Positions 27,671-40,414 of a stretch of 64,000 nt of DNA are shown here, in pieces. Location: NCBI GenBank assembly GCA_002633005.1, contig NMRA01000217.1, positions 610,228 to 674,227 of the forward strand, written 5' to 3'. Origin of the DNA: Phoronis australis. Lineage: Eukaryota; Animalia; Phoronida. Each line of letters starts with the position of its first letter. Position 1 is the stretch's first letter. Below the pieces are notes generated by a model, which made no database searches, was not told the DNA's origin, and saw nothing but the letters and a program-made list of their open reading frames with translations. Both the position numbers and the translations under genes were made by a program.

Positions 27671-29944
27671 CTGTCCACACGCCATTGAATTTCGGAAATG
27701 GAGATAAAATACCGACAGTTAAAGGTGCAATCTACAAAAGTCCTAATTTTGCTTTAGGCAAATGTTCTTGATCACGAATATAATAGATGTCAACACTTTG
27801 CTTACTCTATTGTGGCAGACCATAATCGATTAAAGTTTTTAGACCGCACAATATAGTCCAAATTTGGCCAACTTCAGAACGTTGTATCTTTCTGATACTT
27901 ACATGTATACGTTTTCCCCACACAGACAGGAATACTACTAAAACATCCTTTCGAGATTTCATTTCATCTGGGTATGTGCGAACGAAACCATTGCGTTGGA
28001 CAATCTCAGATGAAATTAATTGTAATTAAAATCCTATAAGTACAATGTATGAACTTATTTGCATTTCGAAATCAAGTTTTACTGGTATTCGACCCCAAAG
28101 AGGCAAGGGCCTCAAAATATGTGGTGAGTTTCTTCTCAAAACAGGCAAAGGATCAACCATTTAATTTTGCGTAGTTTTGAATGTCATTTTTGAAAATCAT
28201 TAAGGCTCTAGATTGGACTGTACCCAAACTCTGACTCATTAACTTAGAGGAAACGATTGACATCCAACAAAAATTTCAGCAAATGTCTGCTTTTCGTCGT
28301 AAGCTAAGTAGGGCTTGAATCAACCTGGTGTGCTCAGCAATGCAATACGTGAAATTAATGCCTTGAGCAGAATTGGAAACCTCATAGAATTCTGTCAGTG
28401 CAGCAACCTTATGGCGGTGACACCTAAGAGGCTCTACCGATGCTACGCCACGGCCAACATCGGACTTGTTCAGAACGGTAAAGACGAACTTTCATATTTG
28501 GAAACAAATTCAAATCACTTGGGAGGTTACCTTACGGATGATCTCAACAAAAAGTCTGAAGTTAGCCATATATTTTAAGATTTTAAATCCATAAAAGTTA
28601 TTTTTTTCCGAAAGTTCTCAGCTTTTGAAATTTTGTTCTTTAATTTTATACCTATTTTCCATTTTTTAGTAATATGGCAAGGATCTTTTAATAAATTGTA
28701 TCTAAATGAAGGTACATTTATGGAAGAAAAAGGTATCAAGATCATGAATCAATTTCGTGCCACAGAGATGCTCTAGGAAAAATCTCGAAACCGTCGTTAC
28801 TTTCTATAATTCATCATTGTGCTTTCTTTCTTTGAGAATTTTGAGTTTTATAAAACTCAACAAATTGCTACATTTGATAGTCACCATGCTAAGCTGGAGC
28901 GTTACATTGCGTGCAGAGTTCTGTGGGTCCCGGTCTTTTGCTTTATAATCCAGGCGCTAAGCAGACGACTGTGTCAGTTTTAGCTATAATCGCTATTTTA
29001 GGACTACACGACAACTTTGAGGTACTTATTTTCGATCCTGATATAGGGCAAAACTTGACCTCTGCATGCATAACTCCATGTAGGTCAAAATGTGACCTAA
29101 TAGCATGAATTACATGCAGGTATATATCTCTGTAGACAGAATGTGATGAACTTTGGGTCGACTCTTATGTTATAAGAGTGACCATTTAATTTTTACACCT
29201 TACGAGATCATTCAAGGTCAGGGTCACTTCACAATTTCCCCAAGACCGCTGTCTTTAGCCAAAAATGTACATAACATTCAAACGACAAGCAGTATGTGAA
29301 AGTTCCATAAGAAATTTCCATACTAAATCCAAATGACCGTTTCAAGTTGTCTCTTGAAACCTGATATGGGGCAAAATAATTCGACCTCAGTAACTGAAAT
29401 TTTTATGCATATGATTAGTTAAAAGTTGTTTGTCAAAATTTGCCTAATTCTCTCAAACCATTTTTGACACTTTCAAGGTCATTATAGGTCAAAGTCACGA
29501 GACAATTTCCCAAAAACTTCAATTTTTATCCAAAAAATACATAACATTAAAACAGGGCAGGTACGTGCAGAGTAACATAGGCCTACTTCAGATAGGTAAA
29601 AAAACTCGACAAGTAATGAGGCAACGTGTTGCTTTGATGCATCCTTATCGGATCCTGGTCGTTGTCAGATCAAGCAATGGTTCTTGGAATTTTCGAATGC
29701 GACATGAATCTTCAAAATGAGTTTTTAGTTTGCGAGGTTTTGACAAGGTCGCGAACGGCGAACTTTTGTTGGTTTTCTTGTCTGATCAAGCGCTAGCCAG
29801 GGACCCATACATGTAGAATCCGGTGTCAAATTAACATTGCCCCCTTAGTGGAGAAATTGTCCGGATTGCGTGTAGTTGAATGAAGCATCTGGGTAATGCG
29901 CCCGTTTGATGGCTATCAAATACATGCAGTCAAAATTCTCTACG

Positions 29945-30170
29945 GGGGACAATCACAACGACCGCACCGGGACACACAGGACCCCGATAAAATGGGACAC
30001 ATATGTAGAACCCGAGACACATGGAACCCGGACACATAGAACCCGGGACAACTAGAACCTGGGACACATAGAACCCTGGACAAATAGAACCTGGGACACA
30101 TATAATCCGGGACACATAGAACACGCGGGGACAAATAGAACACGGGACACATCCGGTCCGGGAACATACA
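29945..30170. repeat. ~19-20 bp minisatellite (CCGGGACACATAGAA core); inverted relative at 10650-10800
   Basis: Repeated gggacacatagaacc units. Confidence 0.85.
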
Positions 30171-30788
30171 TGTATAAAAAGCAACTTCTCATGGAGTATC
30201 GTGCATAAAGCATGACATCTGAAAACTTCATAAATGCTATCACCCGTTTCTGAGATACACGCATGATGAATTTGGACATTATCCAAGGTATTACAACACG
30301 ACAAGTCGCTCTTGCTGTTGTCATCGATCTGCCGTGGTTACATCACAACAAATTTTGCCGATACAATGTTAGACACACCGCATACCGATACCCTATTCAG
30401 TCACGGAGTTCTATTGCCATAACAATTCTAACGACTTTCGTGTCGATACCCTGCCCTGTTTAGTCCGTTCCAAGCTGCAGGCATCACAAATGCTGTAAGG
30501 GTGTGATGGATTGAGAGGACATCGACAGAATGTCATGTTGCCCATACTTTACTGGAAAGATCAAGGACAGGAGGATACATAGCACTATGGGCCAGGGAGT
30601 GGTAAAACTTTACAGCCATACTACAGTAACTATAGCTTGACCAGGGATGCAAAGTATTGACAAACCCACTGTTAATTTATGAAAATCTTGAACGGGCGTG
30701 GAAATAGAGATCACAAGCATTTTAAACCTGGTCTGCACGCCACCTGTTGGGCACATCACATGATGTGGCCAACAGGTGGCGTGCAGAC

Positions 30789-32828
30789 CAGACTCATTTG
30801 AAATGTTTATGAACCCACAGTTAAGAACAAAACTCAAAATATAAACCATACTCTAGAGAGTAAGATCATTGTGTGGCACTTCATATGACCCAAAGTGACA
30901 ACACTGGACTTTCAACAGGAACTGCCAAGAGCGGGTTCGATTGACTTTAAATTACATTTACCTAAGTTGTTTTTCAGATCGCGTCCGAATCCTCACAGCC
31001 TATGACTCAAAGTACTACACGGTTATCTGAAAACTGTCTATAAACAATGCCTTTTGACCGTTTGACGTCCCCATCTCTGCTGATCATTAGGCGTCGGACG
31101 GTAGTTTGAAACCAGATCTTGTTCGTATTCATCAGCCTTCACGAAGTTTTGATAACAATGACGGGAATTTGAGGGTCATTGTCAAAACACAGTTTAGTAG
31201 GCATAATAGAAAACACCGTTCAGTAACACCATGAATATAATATTTTATAATATTTTTGCGCAATTTGTATAAAAGTCCATGAACTGGTGTACATGCATTG
31301 TAGTCGTCATGGACAATGCTGACCGGTATATTTATGCATTTGGCTATCGGACCATTCACACTCGTCATATCTCACAAAGAGATGAAAGGGCGGGGCACAG
31401 TGTATTGCTATGGCGGGCCCAGATGTTTAGTGGTCTGCAAATGGGTACAAATGTATTAACATACATGGAAATTCTAAAGCCTAACTGTATTCTTGCTGTA
31501 AAATGTATTAATTAACTGTTAAATTTGTTTGCCACGGCGGATCGGCTTTATTTGTTGATTATGCGAGCAGCGTCTTGGCAAGTAAAGGTGGTTTGACTAA
31601 CGCTAAATAAGACAAAGCAAAAAGAATCGATAATACCGTGATGCTGTTTAGACACCGTAACCTGTTTTTATCAACTCCACTTGAACTGTATAAAGTATTC
31701 ATCAATCCTATTGGTAATATACATGTAAGTACAATGAGTTTTTCTAGCTAGAACACGTACCTTGAACTATACTTGAAACTGAAAAAGAAAAACACACAAT
31801 TTATTACACNCAGACTCATTTGAAATGTTTATGAACCCACAGTTAAGAACAAAGATCAAAATATAAACCATACTCTAGAGAGTAAGATCATTGTGTGGCA
31901 CTTCATATGACACAAAGTGACAATACTGGACTTTCAACAGGAACTGGCAAGAGCGGGTTCGATTGAATTTAAATTACATTTACCTAAGTTGTTTTTCAGA
32001 TCTCGTCCGAATCACAGCCTATGACTCAAAGTACTACACGGTTATCTGAAAGCTGTCTATAAACAATGCCTTTTGACCGTTTGACGTCCCCATCTCTGCT
32101 GATCATTAGGCGTCGTACGGTAGTTTGAAACCAGATCTTGTTCGTATTCATCAGCCTTCACGAAGTTTTGATAACCATGACGGGAATTTGAGGGTCATTG
32201 TCAGAACACAGTTTAGTAGGCATAATAGAAAACACCGTTCAGTAACACCAAGAATATAATATTTTATAATATTTTTGCGCAATTTGTATAAAAAGTCCAT
32301 GAACTGGTGTACATGCATTGTAGTCGTCATGGACAATGCTGACCGGTATATTTATGCATTTGGCTATCGGACCAATCACACTCGTCATATCTCACAAAGA
32401 GATGAAAGGGCGAGCACAGTGTATTGCTATGGAGGGCCCAGATGTTTAGTGGTCTGCAAATGGGTACAAATGTATTAACATACATGGAAATTCTAAAGCC
32501 TAACTGTATTCTTGCTGTAAAATGTATTAATTAAATGTTAAATTTGTTTGCCACGGCGGATCGGCTTTATTTGTTGATTATGTGAGCAGCGTCTTGGCAA
32601 GTAAAGGTGGTTTGACTACCGCTAAATAAGACAAAGCAAAAAGAATCGATAATACCGTGATGCTGTTTAGACACCGTAACCTGTTTTTATCAACTCCACT
32701 TGAACTGTATAAAGTATTCATCAATCCTATTGGTAATATACATGTAAGTACAATGAGTTTTCCTAGCTAGAACACGTACCTTGAACTATACTTGAAACTG
32801 AAAAAGAAAAACACACAATTTATTACAC
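30789..32828. repeat. ~1.02-kb near-identical tandem duplicate across single N at 31810 (likely uncollapsed haplotypes)
   Basis: 30789-31809 vs 31811-32828, differing by scattered SNPs and 1-2 bp indels. Confidence 0.88.
31761..31778 (-). CDS. 18-bp microexon xSSIVQ (second copy at 32780-32797, probably allelic or an assembly duplicate)
   Basis: tttctttttcag TTTCAAGTATAGTTCAAG gtacgt; phase 1-1; homologous to the microexon preceding ShKT exon 4. Confidence 0.68.
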
Positions 32829-35800
32829 TTAGCTTCAATGTTAATAGACCTCTACAGAAACAGGGAAACGCCAGGGCCTAGTTGCATAAACTTTATAGGC
32901 AGTAAACAAAATGAATGACGTCGCATTATCACGCGCCAAGTAGTTATTGTTGAACAATGCACCTGACGTCATGCAAAAATCAAATTTTATCATAGATTAT
33001 AGACAACAGATTTGCAACTCCGACACTTTTCCGTGCTATCCAAGAGGAGGTGCTACTCTTCTAAATTATCTGGTGCAGTTTCCGGTTAGTGTATTGTGAT
33101 GGGAAATTCTCGCCTCTAATTCACTGTCCAGTACAACGAAAGCAAACTGATACTTACGGCATTGAAACGCTTTTCAAACTCTTAAAATAGTAAGTACTTT
33201 TAGCAATGCTACCACCCGACCACACAACAGCCGAACAAGATTAGCAGACGACGTACGTGCCGGAAATAACACCAGATAATTGGGCCCGGTGTCGTTAGTG
33301 AATAATGACGTAACGATGTACTGATGAGCACAGATTTCGTCCATTGAAAATATAAGGAGTTGGCGGTCTATGTATTATTATCTACATGTATGCATTGATC
33401 CAGTTGATAACTTTGAAATTTTATGCAACCCTGTCCGGGTTTCAAATGGAGGTCCTTTAATCCAACCATCTCACTAAACGTACACATATATGTACAAGTA
33501 TATCGTTATTCGTCGAAATACTACTATAGACGAACGTACAAATCGATTGTTTTTAGATCAGGCAAATGGAAACGCTAATCGATCTCTTTCATGCAGTGCC
33601 AAATTCAAGTTTTGCAGTGTTTGGAACAAAAAGAGAAAATGATCTTAATAAATTGTGGCGACTTTTTGCAGTCAAAAGAGGAAAAAGAAACAACCCGTCA
33701 GTGTTGTGTAAATGCATTCCATTCCATGGTGTGCACACAGACTGAATTTTAAAACCTGCAAATCAGTGAGTGATGAGAAAGAGCGACTGCCTGCATCAAT
33801 TTCAGCAAGGATATTGTTCTTGAATAGCTCAGCTAAAAGACACACAAGCAAGAACTGATACTACACAATAATCGAACCAATACATAATTACTTGAAAAGC
33901 TGCACAAAAAATCTTAAATGATAATGGATCTTTTAAAAGTGATCGCAGTCATTGCTGCGTAAAGCACGTCAACTGTCGAAACCTGATGCATGCATTTAGA
34001 CTCGTCTGAAGTGTATGTAATACGGTACACGATCCCACTTAGTTACAATTCTCGACTTTCTTTGGGCCGCTGTAGTACAGCAAACACGTTGGGATGCCGC
34101 CACAAAACGAACTTCCAGCTACGCCGATGCAACCATCTGGCGTGTTTTGATTCCCAGTGCATTTTCAAACGCACACAAACACAATTTAGTGTTCACGGTT
34201 ATCTAGGACCTCATCGGCAAATCTGTGAATTTAGATATTAATATTTTCAAAAGTGAAGATTCCAAGTGAGTAAAACATGCAAAGAATACTGCATTGACAG
34301 CCTTAGCTGTCGAGATTGGGCAGCGTGCTCGAGCAATTTGCAAATTCAGTTCAAAGACGCCATGATGTTGTAGTAATTGAAACCGCATCAATGAGACCGC
34401 CATAACTACATTAGAGGTGAGAATATTTTTTTGACTTTCGTTTTGAGAATTTGTAAATAGCATACTTGAATAGCTCGTGAATAGCACACGTGATTAGGTT
34501 TTTGTCAAATGCTACAATAATATGCTCCTCATTAATTGTACTGGGTGTGCAACATACAATACTAAGCAAATTACCAAACCACCAAGGCAGAGTTGGACTT
34601 TGAGATAAGGCAAGTGTCAATTCTTGGCATGAGTGTGTAGCCGTTATGAAAGTAGGAAGAGTGCATAGAATTTGAACTGTGACATCTTGTCATCTATTGG
34701 GTCACGTGACTATATGAAAAAAAGAAATGCACAAAAACGTAAAAACGCCGTCAAACGTTTCTCAATTACTGATACGTACATGTATTCGTTTTTTTGCACT
34801 TCAAAAGTCTTATTCCGATAACCCTATGGTTGAATCGTAGCGCAGTGCCTAAAGTATATCAACCGTTTGTGAGATGCGACGGTCCGAAATTAGACAAATT
34901 TGGACATAAATTCCAGATGCCAACATGTCGCCCTTGTAAAATATCACTATGCTGATGAGCATACATGTACATTGTAGACTCCATGGCCGACTGAATATAC
35001 GAGACTCCGAAGTCACCCCAAACTGCAGACGATATGGTTCACGCTAATTACATGTATGGGGAGAAAATCCACCTCAACCTATTTGAGTGACACAAATCTA
35101 AAGATTTTACGTTCTGCTAAAACGCTGAGCCCATCTTGACGTGCGGGAAGCTTGTGCATGTACGGTTGTTTGTTGAGAACTGATTTCGCGGCCAAAATTG
35201 TAACCTTCACACAATATGATACTGGATTCCGATTTCATGATCTCTATTACAAATGTTGCACGTCATGGCGTACTTATAAACTTTCATTATCATCTCATCC
35301 TCAAAGCAGTCTATTTCTGAATCAATTCTAGAAAAATAGGCTGGCATTGTCAGACACAATACTAACGATACCTTGAGTGTTATAATACTCATCAAATTAC
35401 CTGCAACTCACAGTTATATTTACACACTTTGATCAGAAATGTTTTTTCAAAGCACTGGCCAACAGTAAGTTTGAAGACTAGCTCCACGACCCTGTGCTAG
35501 ACCCTGTGACGAAGACTTGTACCTTCAATAAGCGTCCATTTCTACCGCAGAAATTACACACTCTTTCCTTTGTAAAACCATTGTACAGCAAATTAAATAA
35601 GTTCCACCACAACGCCTACAGTTGACCGCAGATTGGTTCTGAACTTCTACAGTTTCTAAGCAATTTCCATAACAGAGACGACCCTGCACTTGAAACCTTT
35701 TTGGAAGCCAGACATGATTCAAACCAAAGACTAGTTTAATTGCCTAAGTTTCAGAATTCACGACATTTACACACGATAATCGTTCCTCGCACATGCTTAA

Positions 35801-36434
35801 AATGTTCAGCCGGTCATCATGAGGATTGTGGGCTAAAATGTTTCTTAGTTGCGCAGCAAAAGTATAGGCCCAATCTAAGTAAAAAAAATCTTCGCCTCTT
35901 GGCTGCCTGATTCAATCTCGTTTTTCAACAATTTATTATGAAGGCAAGCATGCCACAGTTTAAGTTCTCTCTCTGACGGTCAATTTCCCCAGCCAAGTAA
36001 CCAAATCCATGGTTTCCAAACACACGAAAACACGTCAAAGTCCTTTTTAGTCCTGATGACTTACCCTTGTAGCAAATTACATAGTTACATGTAGCTGACC
36101 AGGCGTGACCAAACGTGGAGAAGAGTGCAAAAACAAACCCCAAGAAGTCTGGAAATGTTCACTCAATTCAGACGAAGTCAAAATTTTATTTTGTTTTGAA
36201 ATATTTAATCTAAAAAATACCTCTCTAGCGTATTTTGTGTTTTTGCCACAGTCATGAAAAAAGTTGTGAAGCTCTTTCGGAAACTCTCATTCAGCATTTG
36301 GAAGTGCTGCACGTGAGAATAAGTAATGGTTCCGCTTGAGATTGGGACATTCAACTCGGTGGTTTGACGGATTTAAAAGACTTAAATCACTGAAGTTGGA
36401 GACAGTTAGTTTCGTTTATGTAGATTTAAACTTT

Positions 36435-36993
36435 TGTTGTTATGAAACGTGACTTCCGGTTGTAAGGACACAGCAGATAAAGCCTCTCTAAGTCGCTTGC
36501 CAAGTGGCAAATTGCCTCTTTGCCTCATGACGCTTGGCTGTCGCTCGTGCAACCTGGGTTCAAGTCCCGAGAGTGAGAAATTTTCTACAGTAGCACTCAA
36601 CTAAACAAAAAATCCACAATTAACCCCAAAATGTAAATATTTGTTCCTAGTGGCGGATGGAGAGGGGGCGACCTGATAGTGGTGGGTTCAAAAGCACAAA
36701 GAGGGTGTCGCTGACGGAAATTCTACACTGTATGACACAGGAAAATGTTACTGAGTACACATTCCAGGACACTAGGGTGCTGAGATCTAAAAGCCAGGAA
36801 GCACGCCTGCTCCACGGAAGGGGGAATGTTGTTGTGAAACGTGACTCCCAGTTGTGACGACACGCAGAACCAGAATAAAGCCTCTCTAAGTCGCTTGCCA
36901 AGTGGCAATTGCCTCTTGGCCGAATGGTTTAGAGGCTTGGCCGTCGCTCGTGCAACTTGGTTTCACGTCACAGGCTGACTTAAATGTTCTACA
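36435..36993 (+). mobile_element. Miniature non-autonomous LTR element (TRIM-like) with tRNA-like LTRs
   Basis: LTRs 36435-36589 and 36827-36993, both TGTTGTT...TCTACA. PPT ggaagggggaa lies directly before the 3' LTR. A box TGGCCGAATGG at 36917-36927; B box GGTTCAAGTCC at 36557-36567. No TSD found. Confidence 0.72.
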
Positions 36994-39900
36994 TTGTTGA
37001 CGTCAAGTCTGTCCAAGTTTCACTCTATCGACTGACCCACCTTTCATTAGACTGGTTTTGCGTGGTCTATCTGTAAGATGTATGACTAAAACGGTTATAC
37101 GCATTCTGGTCCGTTTTTTATTAAATATATTCAATTTTGCGGTGCGTTCATTCTACCGTGCTCCATTTTGCTGGCGACCAAATCTAAGAATTATTTGCAG
37201 TGCATCATTTCTTGTGTATGTGCTATTTAGTTTGCGACGAATATACATGTACGTGTACAATAAAAACACTAACCTGTAAGATAGAACCAAAATATTTGTA
37301 GGCACATCCGTGAAAAAATGACTTCAGTCATGGCGGATGTAGTATCTGTTAGCATTTTTTTTCGTTTGTGACGTTCGCAACTCCAGAAATATCAGACATA
37401 GCCAGTGCACATGCGCAGCATGCAGCTCACTATTCCCCCACAGAATAAACAGGAGAAGGGGTTTTCCGAGAAATTTTGTGTCAGGAAAAACAACCCTGCA
37501 ATTTGCCGATAGTTAACGAGAAAAGTATAGACCTGTAGATGCATTATGTTGAATATTGGAGAGAGTGGTTAAGATTTTCCGGTGTCCATTGAAGTTTGAA
37601 GGTTGCTCATGTTGACGGTACACAGCCAATCATCCGGAAGGCAATATTTGAGCGCCTATCAATATTCAATTCAAATCTGTGGAGAGTATAATTCAGTTCG
37701 TTTTTTGCCGATAGATATCACAAATGCGGTTTTCAAACAAATTTTCTCAACAAAAAATAACGGTGTACAAAGGTGTATTGAAAACGGGATGGCGGTGAGA
37801 AATGTTACTACTTACTTATTGTTCCGTTGCCTGCAGTACGTTTGCAAGCTCAAATGAGGACGTTTTAGCTAGGAATGTAAATTTTCATTGCCACTTGTTT
37901 TGCAACAAGCACTGATTTGTCATGTATTTTGCTCAAAATTTGAATTCTGAAATTATTGCACAGAGAGCACTTCGGCGCCGTTTTTTATTATTTGCAGGGG
38001 ATCCCTGGGCATATTCTAAACTCCTAACTTCCCTAAATCCACTTATGCTTCATACATCTACCGTTTCACGGGGGGTCACTGGGATACATACACCTTTTCC
38101 CCTTGATTTTAAAGGTATCAAATCTAGAATTTTCAAAATGTTTAATTTCACCCCTCTTTTTAATAGAACTTGATCCGGGGTCCCTATAAAAATCCCGAAT
38201 CCTCCCCTGCATTTGGTTTAAAAACAGATTGTGCTGGCGAACGAGTATGTAGATAATTTGGAACGAACTCTTACGATTCCCGAGTCAGTAGTAGGTATCA
38301 ATGTTGGGTAAGTATTCCAGCAATTGAAAAAGACATGTCAATGCCATTTTTATCGTGAACGGATGGGAGGCCTGGGCTTTCTTGGACCTCCCTAAATCCA
38401 CCTACATGTATGCAGCGTACCGGTTGGTTTCAAGACAGACTGTGTCGGTGAATGTACAGACAGGGGTTCATAAAGTAGCCAGAACAATCTAAGGAGTAAA
38501 TTTTGTTCAAAACCTTATTTTGTATAGCGATAAATATACAAAAGGCAAGTGATGCTGGTTTAAATAGCTGCAAAAGTTCAAATAAATAAAAAATGACTAG
38601 AATTGAAGATTAAACCATTTCATATAACATGTTTGCATGCAATACGAGATTTTTGTGACAACAAAAAAACATCACTTGGCAAAAAATGAAAATCTTAAAT
38701 GAACACAAAGAACAAAAATTGCAAATGTCTCTAAAGTTCTACCACGAGGATCCCTTTCCTTAACGTTTTCTAGTTGAATGTTTGCATATTATCAATTTTT
38801 CTAAAACACAATTATAGCATACAATAACTGAATTCAACGATGTGAAAATAATTATAAGACTTTAATTAACAAAATAATATCTAGTGCAAAGGTATGTCAA
38901 CGCTACTTCCATAAAGCTCAAATTTTTCAAGGTGTCACTGATATATGACATCTGAGGGACTTCAAGAAAATAACAGACATATGTACATGCCAGTCTTCGA
39001 CTCAGAAAAAAATGGCTGCTCGAAAATACGAGAGACGGCATATTCCGGATTTGGACGCGCAAAAAGTGACGATCTAAAATGCTGAACGTCAAGTGAGGTC
39101 ACTTTCCTACTCGCACTTTACTTTTCAATGATATTTTCGAGCAAGTACTCGCTTAATCATATCGATCCCTGCATGTAATGAATATAGTGTTGGGATAATA
39201 GCGACTTTACCCTAACTAATATTGGACTCATCTATCAATGGTCACAACAACACTGCAAAAATGTTCTCTTTGACTGCCTCTTGACTTTCAAAGGGGATCA
39301 CTAGCTTGGTGAACAACTGCAATCTCTCTGGCGAATTGTGTAGGCAAAAGTCCAGCCAACCTAAAAATAAAAGCAACGTATCAGCAACAGAGTAACATAC
39401 TCTCTAAATTTATAGACTAAATCCAGCACATCGGTATTTTATTAGTCTGAATGGATATTAGGTTGTTTTACAGCCTTATGCCTTACATACGTGCAGAAAT
39501 GCAGTCGATGAATTCTAACTGGGGAAGTGCAACAAAGGTAATAAGGCTATATTGAAATACATTTCACATGCCATTACAATTATAGGATAGTTATTAATTA
39601 CTCGACAGTAAAATCATTACTTACTGTAATTGTGTGCAGAAACAATTCAGTCGGCCAGTCACTGAGTCAGCTGAGCTGTGCCGCTTACATGTACATGTAG
39701 CTATGGCATGTTTATACTTATTGTTTTTGATTTTTGTCAACTTGTTGTATGTACAACTGTATGTCGGGACAAGACGTCTAAAACTTGAAAGTGCTAAGTT
39801 TACAATGACCGCTAATCGCTATAACACTAGGGCTAACTGTCATCCAATTTCAATCTTCCGAAGAAAACCAGAAACTAAACTGGAAAAAATAATTTTGTTA

Positions 39901-40233
39901 CAGCGGGCCTTACCTACAATGTACGTACATGTAGATAATTTATTGCCCTTAGTCCACGGTTTGTAAACCCAATATTAAAGCAATAAGTTCGAGTTTGAAC
40001 TCGAAATTTCGAGTTTATACTCGAGTTTGTAGCACGAATATAAGGGTCTTCAAGGGCAAACTTGAACTAGAAACTCCTATGCATAAACTATAATATATTC
40101 GAGAATAGTGTGAAAACCAATTATCTTAAGTTCGCACAAAAGGAGCAGAGAAATTGCCAAAAATAGTTTCGAGTTTGTTTCGAGTACAAAGATTAGAGAC
40201 CGGCCCCTGGTCTTGCTTTAATGTTCAACTTAC

Positions 40234-40414
40234 GCTCCTTCAGGCACGCAACATCCGACCTTCTTGTCCCGCAAACAGCAGTCTGTCGTACCAGCCTCTT
40301 TTTTCTCTTCGCCTTGGCAGTCATAGTAGTTGCCTTCTGCCGTGTCCGGAAGTGACTTGTTCACGATACAGTCCTTGTCGTAAGTAGGGTCAGTTGGATG
40401 GGGAACTTCCACGG
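40234..40414 (-). CDS. Cys-rich exon AVEVPHPTDPTYDKDCIVNKSLPDTAEGNYYDCQGEEKKEAGTTDCCLRDKKVGCCVPEGA (Shisa-like/STMC6 C-C-CC-CC pattern)
   Basis: tttcag acceptor, gtaagt donor, phase 1 to 2. Cys spacing C-x16-C-x12-CC-x7-CC; NKS sequon. Confidence 0.8.

Larger units (their letters stand above)
18650..27735. repeat. Tandem segmental duplication, ~4.4-kb period (ShKT exon + 3 microexons + introns); older diverged copy at ~12.0-15.8 kb
   Basis: ShKT exons at 18678, 23144 and 27551 (offsets 4466 and 4407). Introns are colinear with many substitutions and indels. Segments 13300-13550 and 15480-15830 also align to the unit. Confidence 0.92.
3086..32797 (-). other. Spliced gene model (5' and 3' ends not found): 4x ShKT + Thr-rich microexon linkers + CAP/SCP (CRISP-like) domain
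   Basis: Twenty hand-defined GT-AG exons join without a stop: xSSIVQ-ShKT-VPTTPSTVATTSSTIATTTT-ShKT-VPTTSSTIATTSSTIAKTTTT-ShKT-GPTTVQ-ShKT-GSTTTTTTTTTIATMPTT-MAAK...CAP...hinge. All exon phases are mutually compatible. Confidence 0.85.

Noticed and set aside
32780-32797. Second SSIVQ microexon as a true extra exon
   Set aside because: Lies in the near-identical duplicate across N31810; most likely allelic.
35207-35722. ORF MSIITLKVSLVLCLT... as the missing signal exon of the ShKT-CAP gene
   Set aside because: No good phase-1 donor. Neighbouring CRRCGG..C and ID.EI...C..C motifs look more like decayed Gypsy gag/integrase zinc fingers.
39230-39661. Possible downstream exons of the Shisa-like gene (DWPTELFLHTIT; WLDFCLHN...)
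   Set aside because: Several equally weak splice options and none gives a transmembrane helix; unresolvable without transcripts.
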